A stretch of 64,000 nt of DNA from Dehalococcoidia bacterium (lineage in GTDB: Bacteria > Chloroflexota > Dehalococcoidia > UBA2979). The position numbers and the translations under genes are program-made. Positions 55,558 through 64,000 of this stretch are shown one piece after another. The stretch lies in NCBI GenBank assembly GCA_965262725.1, contig OZ253555.1:864001-928000 (forward strand), given 5' to 3'. The stretch's first letter is position 1; each line of letters starts with the position of its first letter. The notes under the pieces were generated by a model. The model saw only the letters and a list, made by a program, of their open reading frames with translations, had not been told where the DNA came from and ran no database searches.

Positions 55558-56262
55558 CTAGCCGCCAAGCGCCCCCGCGAGGAAGGCGCCCGCGCGATCG
55601 GCGAGACGGCGTTCTGAGCCGAGCCAGAAGTGATCGACGCCGGGCGCGATGAGCGTCTGCGTCGCCGCCCCCCGCTCGGCGCGCTCGGCCGCAAGGGCGG
55701 AGAGCGCCTCGGCCGAGCAGAAGCGGTCATGTTCCCCGGAGGCGAGCAGGAGCGGCCGCGCGTAGCCGACGAGGGCGGCCCGGACCTCGGCGGGGGGAGG
55801 GATCGGCGCCGCGATCAGAGCGAGGGCCCAGGGTCCCGTCTCGCCGTCGGCAGAGGCGTCGGCGACGACCCCGGCCGCGACGCCACCCCCGAAGGAGTAT
55901 CCGGCGAGCGCGATGCGCGCCGCGTCTAGCTCCGGCTGCGCGGCGGCCGCCGCGAGCGCCGCGCGCGCGTCGTCCCGCTCGCCGTGCCCCTGGTCGTGTG
56001 ATCCCTCGCTGGTACCGACGCCCCGAAAGTCGAAGCACAACGCGGCGAACCCGACCGAGAGCGCCCCGTCGGCGAGTGCCCGCACGACGTTGTTGTCGCG
56101 GTTGCCGCCGTAGAGCGGGTGCGGGTGGCAGATCACGACGCAGGCCGTCGGACCGGCGCCCCCGGCCGGGAGCTCGAGCACCGCGTCAAGCGCGGGTCCC
56201 GCCCCCAGCGGCGGAATCGTCAGAGGGCGCCGGGTAGGGGCGCCCGGGGCGGGGCCCGCCAC
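55558..56262 (-). CDS. Alpha/beta hydrolase (HPHPxxGG type)
   Basis: CHPHPLYGGNRDN, FDFRGVG.SEG, GYSFGG, GEHD, DHFW; GTG just after the LLM stop. Confidence 0.88.
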   Translation of the reverse strand: MAGPAPGAPTRRPLTIPPLGAGPALDAVLELPAGGAGPTACVVICHPHPLYGGNRDNNVVRALADGALSVGFAALCFDFRGVGTSEGSHDQGHGERDDARAALAAAAAQPELDAARIALAGYSFGGGVAAGVVADASADGETGPWALALIAAPIPPPAEVRAALVGYARPLLLASGEHDRFCSAEALSALAAERAERGAATQTLIAPGVDHFWLGSERRLADRAGAFLAGALGG

Positions 56263-56264
56263 CC

Positions 56265-57224
56265 CTAGCCCTCGGCCGCAACGCGCTCGCGGAGGATCGG
56301 CCACACTGTCTCGGCGAACGTCTCGATCTGCTCCGCCTGCGCCTCCATCTCCCAGAAGCTCGTGATGAGCTCGCGCACGCCGGCATCCAGCAGCGGCTGG
56401 ATGCGGTCGGCGATCTGCTCCGGGGAGCCGGCCCAGATGCGATCGCGCAGGTAGGGCTGGCCGGCACGCGCCGCGCAGACGGTCTCGAGCCGCTCGCGCG
56501 CGCCGCTCTCGCTGCGGTCGACGATCACGGGGATGGAGACGATGTGGCGCAGTGTGGCGGGGTCGCGCCCCACCTCCGCGCAGGCCTCTGCCATTTGCTC
56601 GCGCAGCGCCAGGTACTCCTCGGGGCCACCGGCGATGTTCCACGCGTCGGCGCGGCGCGCGATCACGCGCAGCATCCGCGGGCCCTGACCGCCGATCATG
56701 ATCGTCGGCGTGGGCGTCTGCTCGGGCTTCGGGACGTTGAGCGCCCCGTCGATCCGGTAGAACCGCCCCTCGAAGCTGGGGCGGTGCTCCGTCCACATCA
56801 ACCGCACGATCGCGGCCGCCTCGTCGAGCATCTGGACGCGGTGGCCGGCGCGGGGGAAGTCGTAGCCATACTCGCGGAACTCGGCCTCCTTGTGTCCGGC
56901 GCCCAGGCCGAGGATCAGCCTCCCGCCGGAGAGGTGGTCGAGCGTCGCGCCCATCTTGGCGAGCAGCGCGGGGTTACGGAACGGCGTGCACAGCACGAGG
57001 CTCCCGACCTTGATGCGCTCCGTCTGCGCCGCGAGGGCGGTCATGACGGTCCAGACCTCGTGGCACTCCTCCTGCCCGGTCGTGTCGGCCAGGGAGACGT
57101 GATCGCGCACCCACACCGCCTCGTAGCCGAGACGCTCGGCTACCTCGGTCGCCTCCCGGAGATCGCCGTAGGTGGGAACGCCTGGGTCGAGGCGCGTTCC
57201 GATCCGAAGCTCCGCGTCTGTCAT
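56265..57224 (-). CDS. LLM-class (probably F420-dependent) oxidoreductase
   Basis: VWVRDH, FRNPALLAKMGATLDHLSGGRLILGLGAG, IMIGG; GAGGAGG SD. Confidence 0.92.
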   Translation of the reverse strand: MTDAELRIGTRLDPGVPTYGDLREATEVAERLGYEAVWVRDHVSLADTTGQEECHEVWTVMTALAAQTERIKVGSLVLCTPFRNPALLAKMGATLDHLSGGRLILGLGAGHKEAEFREYGYDFPRAGHRVQMLDEAAAIVRLMWTEHRPSFEGRFYRIDGALNVPKPEQTPTPTIMIGGQGPRMLRVIARRADAWNIAGGPEEYLALREQMAEACAEVGRDPATLRHIVSIPVIVDRSESGARERLETVCAARAGQPYLRDRIWAGSPEQIADRIQPLLDAGVRELITSFWEMEAQAEQIETFAETVWPILRERVAAEG

Positions 57225-57302
57225 CGACATCCTCCTCGTGGGCCCGCGTGCGCGCGGCCGGTGCTAGGCTTCGGCCGAGCATATCGCGAAGGGAGTGCAC
57301 CG

Positions 57303-58106
57303 GTGACCGAGACGACGGCCCTCTCGTGGCCGCACAACAAGATCCTCTACACGAAGGACGGCCGCGTGGCGGTGGTGACCAAGAACCGCCCCGAGAAGGT
57401 CAACGCGATGGACGAGGAGATGGAGGCCGCCTACGACGAGGCGCTGGCGGATGCGGAGTCCGATCCCGAGATCCGGGTCATCGTCGTGACCGGAACCGGT
57501 CGCGGGTGGCACCCCGGCGCGAACCCGCAGTCGTTCGTCGAGGGGAAGAAGAACATGCCGCCGTGGTGGAGGCCGCACGGCGAGCTGGCGGTCTCCCCTC
57601 TGAGGCGATCCGACAAGATCACGATCGGCGCGATCAACGGGCACGCCTACGGCGCCGGCTTCGGCGAGGCGCTGTGGTGCGATCTGCGCGTGATGGCGGA
57701 GTCGGCGAACTTCGGGCCGAGCTGGGCGCGCTTCGGAGCGCCGCTTGAGAATGGCACGTCGGTGAACCTCACCAACCTGGTGGGGCCGGCGAAGGCGCTC
57801 GAGCTCTACTTGCTGCGCGAGCCGATCCCGGCGCCGAAGGCGCTCGACCTGGGCCTGGTGAACTACGTCGTGCCGGACGACCAGCTCATGCCCTTCAGCA
57901 TGGATCTCGCTCGGCGGGTGGCGAAGAACGCTCCGTACTCAAGCGCGCTCTCCAAGTACATGGTCTACAAGCACGCGACGCCAGACATCGAGACGCATCT
58001 GGAGTTCTACCGCTTCGCCGAGGAGACGACCGGTCGCTCCGTCGACTCGAAGGAGGGCGGGGCCGCCTTCCGCGAGCGGCGCGAGCCCGATTTCCGCGGC
58101 GAGTAG
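57303..58106 (+). CDS. Enoyl-CoA hydratase/isomerase family
   Basis: NRPEKVNAM, VTGTGR, IGAINGHAYGAG, CDLR, GLVNYVV, AFRERREPDFRG. Confidence 0.9.
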   Translation: MTETTALSWPHNKILYTKDGRVAVVTKNRPEKVNAMDEEMEAAYDEALADAESDPEIRVIVVTGTGRGWHPGANPQSFVEGKKNMPPWWRPHGELAVSPLRRSDKITIGAINGHAYGAGFGEALWCDLRVMAESANFGPSWARFGAPLENGTSVNLTNLVGPAKALELYLLREPIPAPKALDLGLVNYVVPDDQLMPFSMDLARRVAKNAPYSSALSKYMVYKHATPDIETHLEFYRFAEETTGRSVDSKEGGAAFRERREPDFRGE

Positions 58107-58137
58107 GGGCGCAGGCGCAGCGGGGGCGCCCGCGGCG

Positions 58138-58608
58138 ATGAGAACCGACACCCGGTCGGCACCCGCGCTCGAGATCGCGGTGGTGGGGTCGCCCGAGGAA
58201 CTCGCCGAGTCGCTCGCCCTGCGCCGCGCGGTCTTCGTGGAGGAGCAGGGCGTCACGCTCGCCCTGGAGGTGGACAGGATGGACGGCGATCCCCGCCGCG
58301 CGGCGGGCGTCATCCATCTTCTCGGCTGGCTCGGAGGCGACGCGGTCTGCACCGGGCGCCTGGAGTTTCAGAGCAGCCCGGCCCACATCACGCGCGTCGC
58401 CGTCCGGCGCGACCAGCGGGGGCGCGGGTTCGGCGCACGGCTGATGGAGGCGCTCCACCAGGAGGCGCGCCGGCGCGGGATCCGGCGCGTCGCCCTCAAC
58501 GCGCAGCTCCATGCCCTCGGTTTCTACGAGCGGCTCGGCTACCGGGCGCACGGACCAGTCTTCCTCGACGCGGGGATCGAGCACCGGGCGATGGATCGCA
58601 GCCTGTAG
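58138..58608 (+). CDS. GNAT N-acetyltransferase (ElaA/YjcF-like)
   Basis: RRAVFVEEQGV, RGRGFG, LNAQ...FYERLGY, FLDAGIEH. Confidence 0.92.
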   Translation: MRTDTRSAPALEIAVVGSPEELAESLALRRAVFVEEQGVTLALEVDRMDGDPRRAAGVIHLLGWLGGDAVCTGRLEFQSSPAHITRVAVRRDQRGRGFGARLMEALHQEARRRGIRRVALNAQLHALGFYERLGYRAHGPVFLDAGIEHRAMDRSL

Positions 58609-58658
58609 CGACCCGGCGGCGCGGCTTGCCGGGGGCACCGACGGATGAGGGGGGACGG

Positions 58659-59705
58659 ATGAACCGGCACGGGATCTCGCTCGCCTATTCGGAGCTCGAG
58701 GAGAAGCCGGCGCTCGCGCGCCGTGCGGAGGAGGCGGGCTTCGACATCGTCTGGAATTCCGGTGAGAGCATCCCGCTCTTCGGGACGATCGCGGGCGTGA
58801 CTACCCGGGCCCGCTTCGGCTCGGGCGTGATCCGCGTCTTCGCGCACGAGGCGAGGGAGCTGGCGCAGGCGGCCATCGACCTGCAGCGGCTCTCCGGCAA
58901 CCGCTTCGTGATGGGGCTCGGGGGCGGCACGAAGAGAATGAACATCAACCAGCTCGGAAAGGAATTCGACCGCCCCGCGACGCGCATCCGCGAGCTCATC
59001 CGGGCGCTGCGCCTCGCATGGTCGACGCCGGTCGACGAGGCGCTCGAATTCGAGGGCACCTACTACCAGCTCTCCGGACGCGGGCTGCTCGGGGGCGGCG
59101 ACGTTCCCGCCGGGATGGGCCTCGGCGGCGGGTCGGCGCCTCCCGCGCCTCTCGAGACGCCCATCTACCTGGCCGCCGTGAACCGGGCGATGCTGAGGCT
59201 CGCCGGTGAGCGGTGCCAGGGACTCTGCGGCCATCCGATCGCCTCGGTGCGGTTCATGCAGGAGGTGGCGTGGCCCGGCATCGACGAGGGTCTGGCGCGC
59301 TCAGGCCGCACGCGCGAGGACTTCGACCACAATGCGTGGATCGTGACGGCGATCTCCGGCGACCGGGAGCAGGCGAAGCGCGAGGCGAAGTACCACATCG
59401 GCCGCTTCATGGCGACGCGGAGCTACGGGATCGTGCTCGACTCGCAGGGCTACTCCGACGTGCGCGGCCGCATCCAGGAGGCCTTCTTTGGTCGGCAGGG
59501 GGATCCAGGGGCGCTCATCGACGCCGTGCCGGACGAGGTCGCGCGCGACCACGCGATCTTCGGGACGCCCGACGAGGTGCGCGAGCAGTCCGAGCGCTAC
59601 GAGGGCGTGGTGGGGACGTCGACCTTCTACTGCGCCTCGGCGCTGATGTCGCGGGAACGGATCCGCGAGAACATCGGGCTGATGATCGAGACCTTCGGGC
59701 GCTGA
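58659..59705 (+). CDS. LLM-class flavin-dependent oxidoreductase
   Basis: AEEAGFDIVW, LQRLSGNRFVMGLG, PIYLAAV, LAGE, IFGTPDEV. Confidence 0.88.
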   Translation: MNRHGISLAYSELEEKPALARRAEEAGFDIVWNSGESIPLFGTIAGVTTRARFGSGVIRVFAHEARELAQAAIDLQRLSGNRFVMGLGGGTKRMNINQLGKEFDRPATRIRELIRALRLAWSTPVDEALEFEGTYYQLSGRGLLGGGDVPAGMGLGGGSAPPAPLETPIYLAAVNRAMLRLAGERCQGLCGHPIASVRFMQEVAWPGIDEGLARSGRTREDFDHNAWIVTAISGDREQAKREAKYHIGRFMATRSYGIVLDSQGYSDVRGRIQEAFFGRQGDPGALIDAVPDEVARDHAIFGTPDEVREQSERYEGVVGTSTFYCASALMSRERIRENIGLMIETFGR

Positions 59706-59712
59706 CGGGACG

Positions 59713-60981
59713 CTACGCGCTCGCCTCGCCGTAGCTCTCGCCGATCACGCCGCCCGCTCGCAGCTTCGTGATCTCGGGGCGAGCGTAGCCGAGTTCTGAG
59801 AGGAGCTCCTCGTTGTGCTCGCCGACGAGGCCGGCGGGTCGCTCCCACGAGGGGGCATCGGGCGCCACCCGCGCGAGGAAGCCCGACATCAGCCGCTCGC
59901 CCAGGTAGCGGTGCACGACCGGGACGAACCAGGAGCGCGCCTGCAGCTGCGGCGAGGCGAGCATCGCCGAGGGCTCGAGCACGGGGGCGGCTATCGCGCC
60001 CGCCTGCTGCACGGCGTCGGCCACCTCCCATCGATCGCGGACGCCCACCCACGCGGCGAGCACCGCGTCGATCTGCGCACGCCCGCCGAGCCGGCCCGCG
60101 ACGCCCGCCCACGGGTGGCCGTCCTGGGCCCACTCCGGGTGCCCGAGCAGCGAGGCGATCCCCGCCCACTGCGCGTCGGTCTCCGCCGCGACCGCGACCC
60201 AGTGGCCGGAGCCGCTCCGGCCGTCGCCTGCGGCGCGGTAGCAGCCGTGCGGCACGATGTACGGGTCGGAGTTGCCCAGGGGCCTGGGGGTGCGGCCGGC
60301 GAGGACCTGCTCGCCGAGGAGACCCGCGAGGTACCACGAGAAGGCCTCGGCGTGTGAGAGATCGATGAACGACCCGACGCCCGTCGCTTCGCGGCGGCGC
60401 AGCACACAGATGCTCGCGAAGGCGACGGCGAGCGGGGCGCTCGCGTCCGTGGCGACGGTGCTCGGGATGTCCTCCACGTCGCCGCCGGGCCGGCCGCGGA
60501 GGCGGAGGTGGCCCGTTGTTCCCTCCACGCCGGAGCCGAGAGCGACGTAGCCGAAATACGGACCGGCCAGCCCCCACGCCGGCATGGAGATCATCGAGAG
60601 TCGCGGATGGCGCGGGTGCACCGCCTCCCAGCCGAAGCCGAGGCGCTGGATCGTGCCGGCCGCGTAGCCCTCGACGACGACATCGGCCGAATCGAGCAGG
60701 CGGTGGAGCACCTCGGCGCCTGCGGCGTCAACGATGTTGAGCGCGAGGAAGCGCTTGTTGCGGTTGCTCTGCGTCTGCGGCGCGGTTCTCTCATACGGGG
60801 GCCCGGGCCCGTCGGCGACCCGCGCGTCCGGCCGGAGCGGCCGCGTCAGCGAGGTCCGGGGGTAGGACTCCACCTTGATCACGTCGGCGCCGAGGTCGGC
60901 GAGAAGGGTCGCGCCGAGCGGACCCGCGTGCACCTCCGCGAGGTCGATCACCCGCACGCCCGCCAGCGCCCGCCCTGCCAT
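59713..60981 (-). CDS. Family III CoA-transferase, Asp-containing subunit B4
   Basis: HAGP, NRNKR, STVATDASAP; own GGGAGG SD. Confidence 0.92.
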   Translation of the reverse strand: MAGRALAGVRVIDLAEVHAGPLGATLLADLGADVIKVESYPRTSLTRPLRPDARVADGPGPPYERTAPQTQSNRNKRFLALNIVDAAGAEVLHRLLDSADVVVEGYAAGTIQRLGFGWEAVHPRHPRLSMISMPAWGLAGPYFGYVALGSGVEGTTGHLRLRGRPGGDVEDIPSTVATDASAPLAVAFASICVLRRREATGVGSFIDLSHAEAFSWYLAGLLGEQVLAGRTPRPLGNSDPYIVPHGCYRAAGDGRSGSGHWVAVAAETDAQWAGIASLLGHPEWAQDGHPWAGVAGRLGGRAQIDAVLAAWVGVRDRWEVADAVQQAGAIAAPVLEPSAMLASPQLQARSWFVPVVHRYLGERLMSGFLARVAPDAPSWERPAGLVGEHNEELLSELGYARPEITKLRAGGVIGESYGEASA

Positions 60982-61005
60982 GCGCCTCCCGACCGTGCCC
61001 CGGGG

Positions 61006-62274
61006 CTACGCGCCGAGGAGCGCCTCCGTCTCGGCGTCGTAGCGATCGCCGATGGCGCACGCTTCCTCCAGCGCGCGAATCTCGTCTGAGTCGTAGCCGA
61101 GATCGGTGAGCACCTCGCGGTTGTGCTCGCCGATCAGCCCGCTGCCGCGCTCGTACTCCGGGGAATCGGGCTCCATCTGCCACAGGAAGCCCGGAAAGAG
61201 TCGCATGCCGAAGTAGGGCTGGTCCACGGGCTTGAACCAGCCGCGGTGCTGCAGCTGTGGCGAAGGAAGCATGGCGGAGGGGGCCGCGACCGGCGCGGCG
61301 ATGACGCCGGCGGTCTGGAGCTCGTCCGCGGCGTCGGCGTGCGGGCGCTTCCGCGTGAAGGCCGCGACCTCGCGATCGATCTCCTCGCGCGCCGCGAGCC
61401 GCCCCGGGACGCTCGCCCAGGGATGGCCGTCCTCGGCCCACTCCGGGTGGCCAAGCACGCCGGCGAGCCCGGCCCACTGCGCGTCGGTCTCGGCGGCGAC
61501 CGTCACCCACTGCTCGGGTCCGGCTGAGGGGTAGCAGCCGTGTGGCACGACGTAGGGATCGCGGTTCCCGAGCGGCCCCGGTACGCGTCCGGCAAGCTCC
61601 GACTCGCCCAGGGAGCCTGCGAGCGCCCAGGCGAACCCCTCGGCCTGCGAGAGGTCGATGAATGAGCCCTCGCCGGTTCTCTCGCGCCGGCTGAGCGCGG
61701 TGAGCGCGGCGAAGACGACCTCGATGGGGGAGGTCGCGTCGGTGTGGAACCCCCCCGGCACGTCCTCCACGTCCCTCCCCGGCACGCCGCGGAGGGAGAC
61801 GTGTCCGACGTGAGCGTCGATGCTGGAGCCAAGGGCGACGTAGCCGCGGTAGGGGCCGCGCACGCCCCAGGCCGGCATCGAGATCATCGAGATGCGGGGG
61901 TTCAGGGTGTGTACGCTCTCCCAGCCGAAGCCTGCCCGGTCGATGGTCCCCGCCGCGAAGCCCTCGATGACGATGTCCCCCCATGCAAGCAGCCGGCGGA
62001 GCACCTCGGCGCCCCCTTCGGAGCGGAAGTCGATCGCGATGTGGCGCTTGTTTCGGTTCCCCTGGATCTGCGAGTCGACGCGCTCGTAGACCGGGCCGGG
62101 GCCGTCGGCGACCCGGGCGTCGGGCACGAGGGGACGCGTCAACGAGCGGCGGGGGAACGACTCCACCTTGATGACATCGGCACCCATGTCGCCGAGGAGG
62201 CAGGCGCCGAAGGGCCCGGCCCAGACTTCGGCGAGGTCGATCACGCGGATGCCGGCGAGCGCCGTGCTCGTCAT
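61006..62274 (-). CDS. Family III CoA-transferase, Asp-containing subunit B3
   Basis: WAGP, NRNKR, GFHTDATSP. Confidence 0.93.
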   Translation of the reverse strand: MTSTALAGIRVIDLAEVWAGPFGACLLGDMGADVIKVESFPRRSLTRPLVPDARVADGPGPVYERVDSQIQGNRNKRHIAIDFRSEGGAEVLRRLLAWGDIVIEGFAAGTIDRAGFGWESVHTLNPRISMISMPAWGVRGPYRGYVALGSSIDAHVGHVSLRGVPGRDVEDVPGGFHTDATSPIEVVFAALTALSRRERTGEGSFIDLSQAEGFAWALAGSLGESELAGRVPGPLGNRDPYVVPHGCYPSAGPEQWVTVAAETDAQWAGLAGVLGHPEWAEDGHPWASVPGRLAAREEIDREVAAFTRKRPHADAADELQTAGVIAAPVAAPSAMLPSPQLQHRGWFKPVDQPYFGMRLFPGFLWQMEPDSPEYERGSGLIGEHNREVLTDLGYDSDEIRALEEACAIGDRYDAETEALLGA

Positions 62275-62312
62275 CGCCCGACCCCGTGCGCCGCCTGGTC
62301 GAGGATGCTCAT
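62271..62312 (-). CDS. Putative 13-aa linker mini-ORF (MSILDQAAHGVGR) coupled at both ends
   Basis: ATG 62312 overlaps the A3 TGA; its TGA 62271-62273 overlaps the B3 ATG 62274. Confidence 0.45.
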   Translation of the reverse strand: MSILDQAAHGVGR

Positions 62313-63490
62313 CCCGTGACCCCCGCCCGGAAGAGCGCAATCTGCTCGTCGCGGCTGTAGCCGAGCGCGTCGAGGATCTCGCCTCCGTGCTCGCCGAAGC
62401 GGGGCGAGGGTTGCGCCTCCCACGCCTCCTCCATCTGGAACGGCGCGCCGTGGATCGTGACCGGGCCGACAAGCGGCTGCTCGACCTGAACGAACGACCC
62501 GCGCGCCTTCGCCTGCGGGTCCTGGGTCACCTCGGACATGTCGAGCACCGGCGCCACCATCACGCGGTGCTTCTGCATCTCGTGGAAGACCTCCGCACGT
62601 GTGCGGGCGTCGAGCCACGGCCCCAGGTATTCCATGAAGTCAGCCCAGTGTTGCGACTTGGCGATCGGCTCGTTGAACCGGGGATCGTCGACGAGCTCAG
62701 GGTGCCCGATCGCGTCGCAGAGGCGCTGGAACTGCGGGCCCAGCGTTGCCGCGAACATCACGTAGCCGTCCCTGCAGGCGTAGTTGCCGATCGGGTAATT
62801 CTCGGTCATCCGCCCGCGGGCGCGCCGCTCCGTGCCGAGCAGCACCCAGTCGATGTAGCCGGTGTCGACGTTGCCGGCGAGCGCCTCCACGCCGGAGACG
62901 TCGACGTGTCGCCTGGTGCGGTCGTGCGCCTGTCCCCAGGCCGCCCCGAGGCCCACCGCCGCGGCGGTTGCCCCGACTTGCATCGTGGCGACGTTGGGGG
63001 CGTAGCGCAGCGGCTCGCCGTCCTGCCCCACGGCGTGGCGGTACATCCTGGTCGTCCACGCGAACATCGACATGTCGTTCTCAACGCGGCCGGCGTAGGG
63101 GCCGTCGAGCCCGTGCGCGGAGATCGCGACCGTGGAGGCGCCGGACTCGGCGTCGACGACCCCGAGCACGCGCGCTGCCGACTCCGGGGGGAGCTGCACG
63201 AAGAGTAGCTGCGCCCCGGAGCAGAGCCGTCCGAGCACCTCACGACCCGACGGCGTCTCGACGTCGAGCACTATCGATCGCTTCCCGGTGTCGAGGGCAA
63301 GGTGGTAGGCGCCGGTGTCGAGGTGCGGGCGATCGTCGGCGAAGGGGGGCGTGCGCCGGAGCTCGCCCCCGGCCGGGGGCTCGACCTTCACCACCTCGGC
63401 ACCGAAGTCGGAGAACTGCTTCGTCGCCGCCGCGACCGCGATGGTCCCGCCGACCTCGATGACGCGCATTCCGGCGAGCGGTTGATCCAT
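62309..63490 (-). CDS. Family III CoA-transferase, Asp-less subunit A3
   Basis: Paralog of A1/A2; APNVATMQ at the Asp position; ends EQIALFRAGVTG. Confidence 0.92.
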   Translation of the reverse strand: MDQPLAGMRVIEVGGTIAVAAATKQFSDFGAEVVKVEPPAGGELRRTPPFADDRPHLDTGAYHLALDTGKRSIVLDVETPSGREVLGRLCSGAQLLFVQLPPESAARVLGVVDAESGASTVAISAHGLDGPYAGRVENDMSMFAWTTRMYRHAVGQDGEPLRYAPNVATMQVGATAAAVGLGAAWGQAHDRTRRHVDVSGVEALAGNVDTGYIDWVLLGTERRARGRMTENYPIGNYACRDGYVMFAATLGPQFQRLCDAIGHPELVDDPRFNEPIAKSQHWADFMEYLGPWLDARTRAEVFHEMQKHRVMVAPVLDMSEVTQDPQAKARGSFVQVEQPLVGPVTIHGAPFQMEEAWEAQPSPRFGEHGGEILDALGYSRDEQIALFRAGVTG

Positions 63491-63601
63491 CTCTCGTCAC
63501 CTCCGCCGCGCGGCGCCCGGTAGGCATCCGAATATCACGGCCGAGCGCCTCGCGCGTCAACGCTCGCAGGGCCTCGGCCGGCCCGGGTCGCGTCCGACCG
63601 G

Positions 63602-64000
63602 CTAGTGGGGGCCCCCCCGCCTCGCCCGGGACACGACCAGGAGCAGGAGCAGCGCCGCGCCGCCCGCGACGGCCGCGAGCAGGGGGGTGGCACGTCGGGG
63701 CATCGCCCCCGACGGCGCGCGGGCGCTCGCCCCCGCGGCAGGCGGCCTTGCATCGGCCGGCTCCGCTCCGCTTCGGGTGGGAGCGGGCCGCGGGCCGGCA
63801 TCCGCGCCTGTGCCGGCACCCGCCGCCGGCAGGGCGGGCGTCTCGATGCGCTCCCGCTCCAACGGCCGGGGCGGCGCGCGCCGCCCCGGCGGCGTCGGCG
63901 CGATGACCACGAGCACGGTCGCAAGGAGGGAGAAGAGCGCGAGCACCGCGAAGACCCCGTCGTAGCTCTCGAAGGCGTCGAAGTAGAGCGAGACCATGAA
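63602..64000 (-). CDS. 3' end of a membrane protein, probably MFS (runs off right edge)
   Basis: LYFDAFESYDGVFAVLALFSLLA resembles the last MFS helices (D..GSY motif), then a Pro/Ala linker and one extra hydrophobic helix. Confidence 0.6.
   Translation of the reverse strand, partial: FMVSLYFDAFESYDGVFAVLALFSLLATVLVVIAPTPPGRRAPPRPLERERIETPALPAAGAGTGADAGPRPAPTRSGAEPADARPPAAGASARAPSGAMPRRATPLLAAVAGGAALLLLLVVSRARRGGPH

Noticed and set aside
1-64000. rRNA, tRNA, prophage or integron features
   Set aside because: No cloverleaf or rRNA signatures, phage genes or integrase seen by eye; a tRNAscan/Infernal run would be needed to exclude small RNAs.

Overview
A very GC-rich (visually about 70%+) bacterial chromosomal window with about 58 genes and no rRNA, tRNA or CRISPR array. 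The gene content (many family III CoA-transferases, LLM/F420-type oxidoreductases, MaoC pairs, crotonases, a DXS ending GEDGKTHQG) suggests Chloroflexota/Dehalococcoidia; this is inference. The window holds an amtB-glnK-glnD operon preceded by six 5-mers in exact 11-bp phase (actinobacterial GlnR-box architecture). It also holds a Dam-type methylase facing a small PD-(D/E)XK nuclease, an intact IS5-family element in a CTAG site, argC, dxs, clpS, nhaA and other ion transporters, and an Fe(III)-type ABC pair. Nine CaiB/BaiF genes follow a consistent 'Asp-less unit then Asp-containing unit' layout. The most unusual signal is not in the ORF track. Gaps in front of genes are repeatedly filled by 5-36 aa linker mini-ORFs whose stop overlaps the next start (ATGA/GTGA/TGATG), and three also start on the previous gene's stop. 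This looks like a translational-coupling relay. Several genes also look leaderless (TAnnnT + 7 nt + start), including an unannotated 35-aa membrane protein. All calls come from reading motifs by eye; no searches were run.
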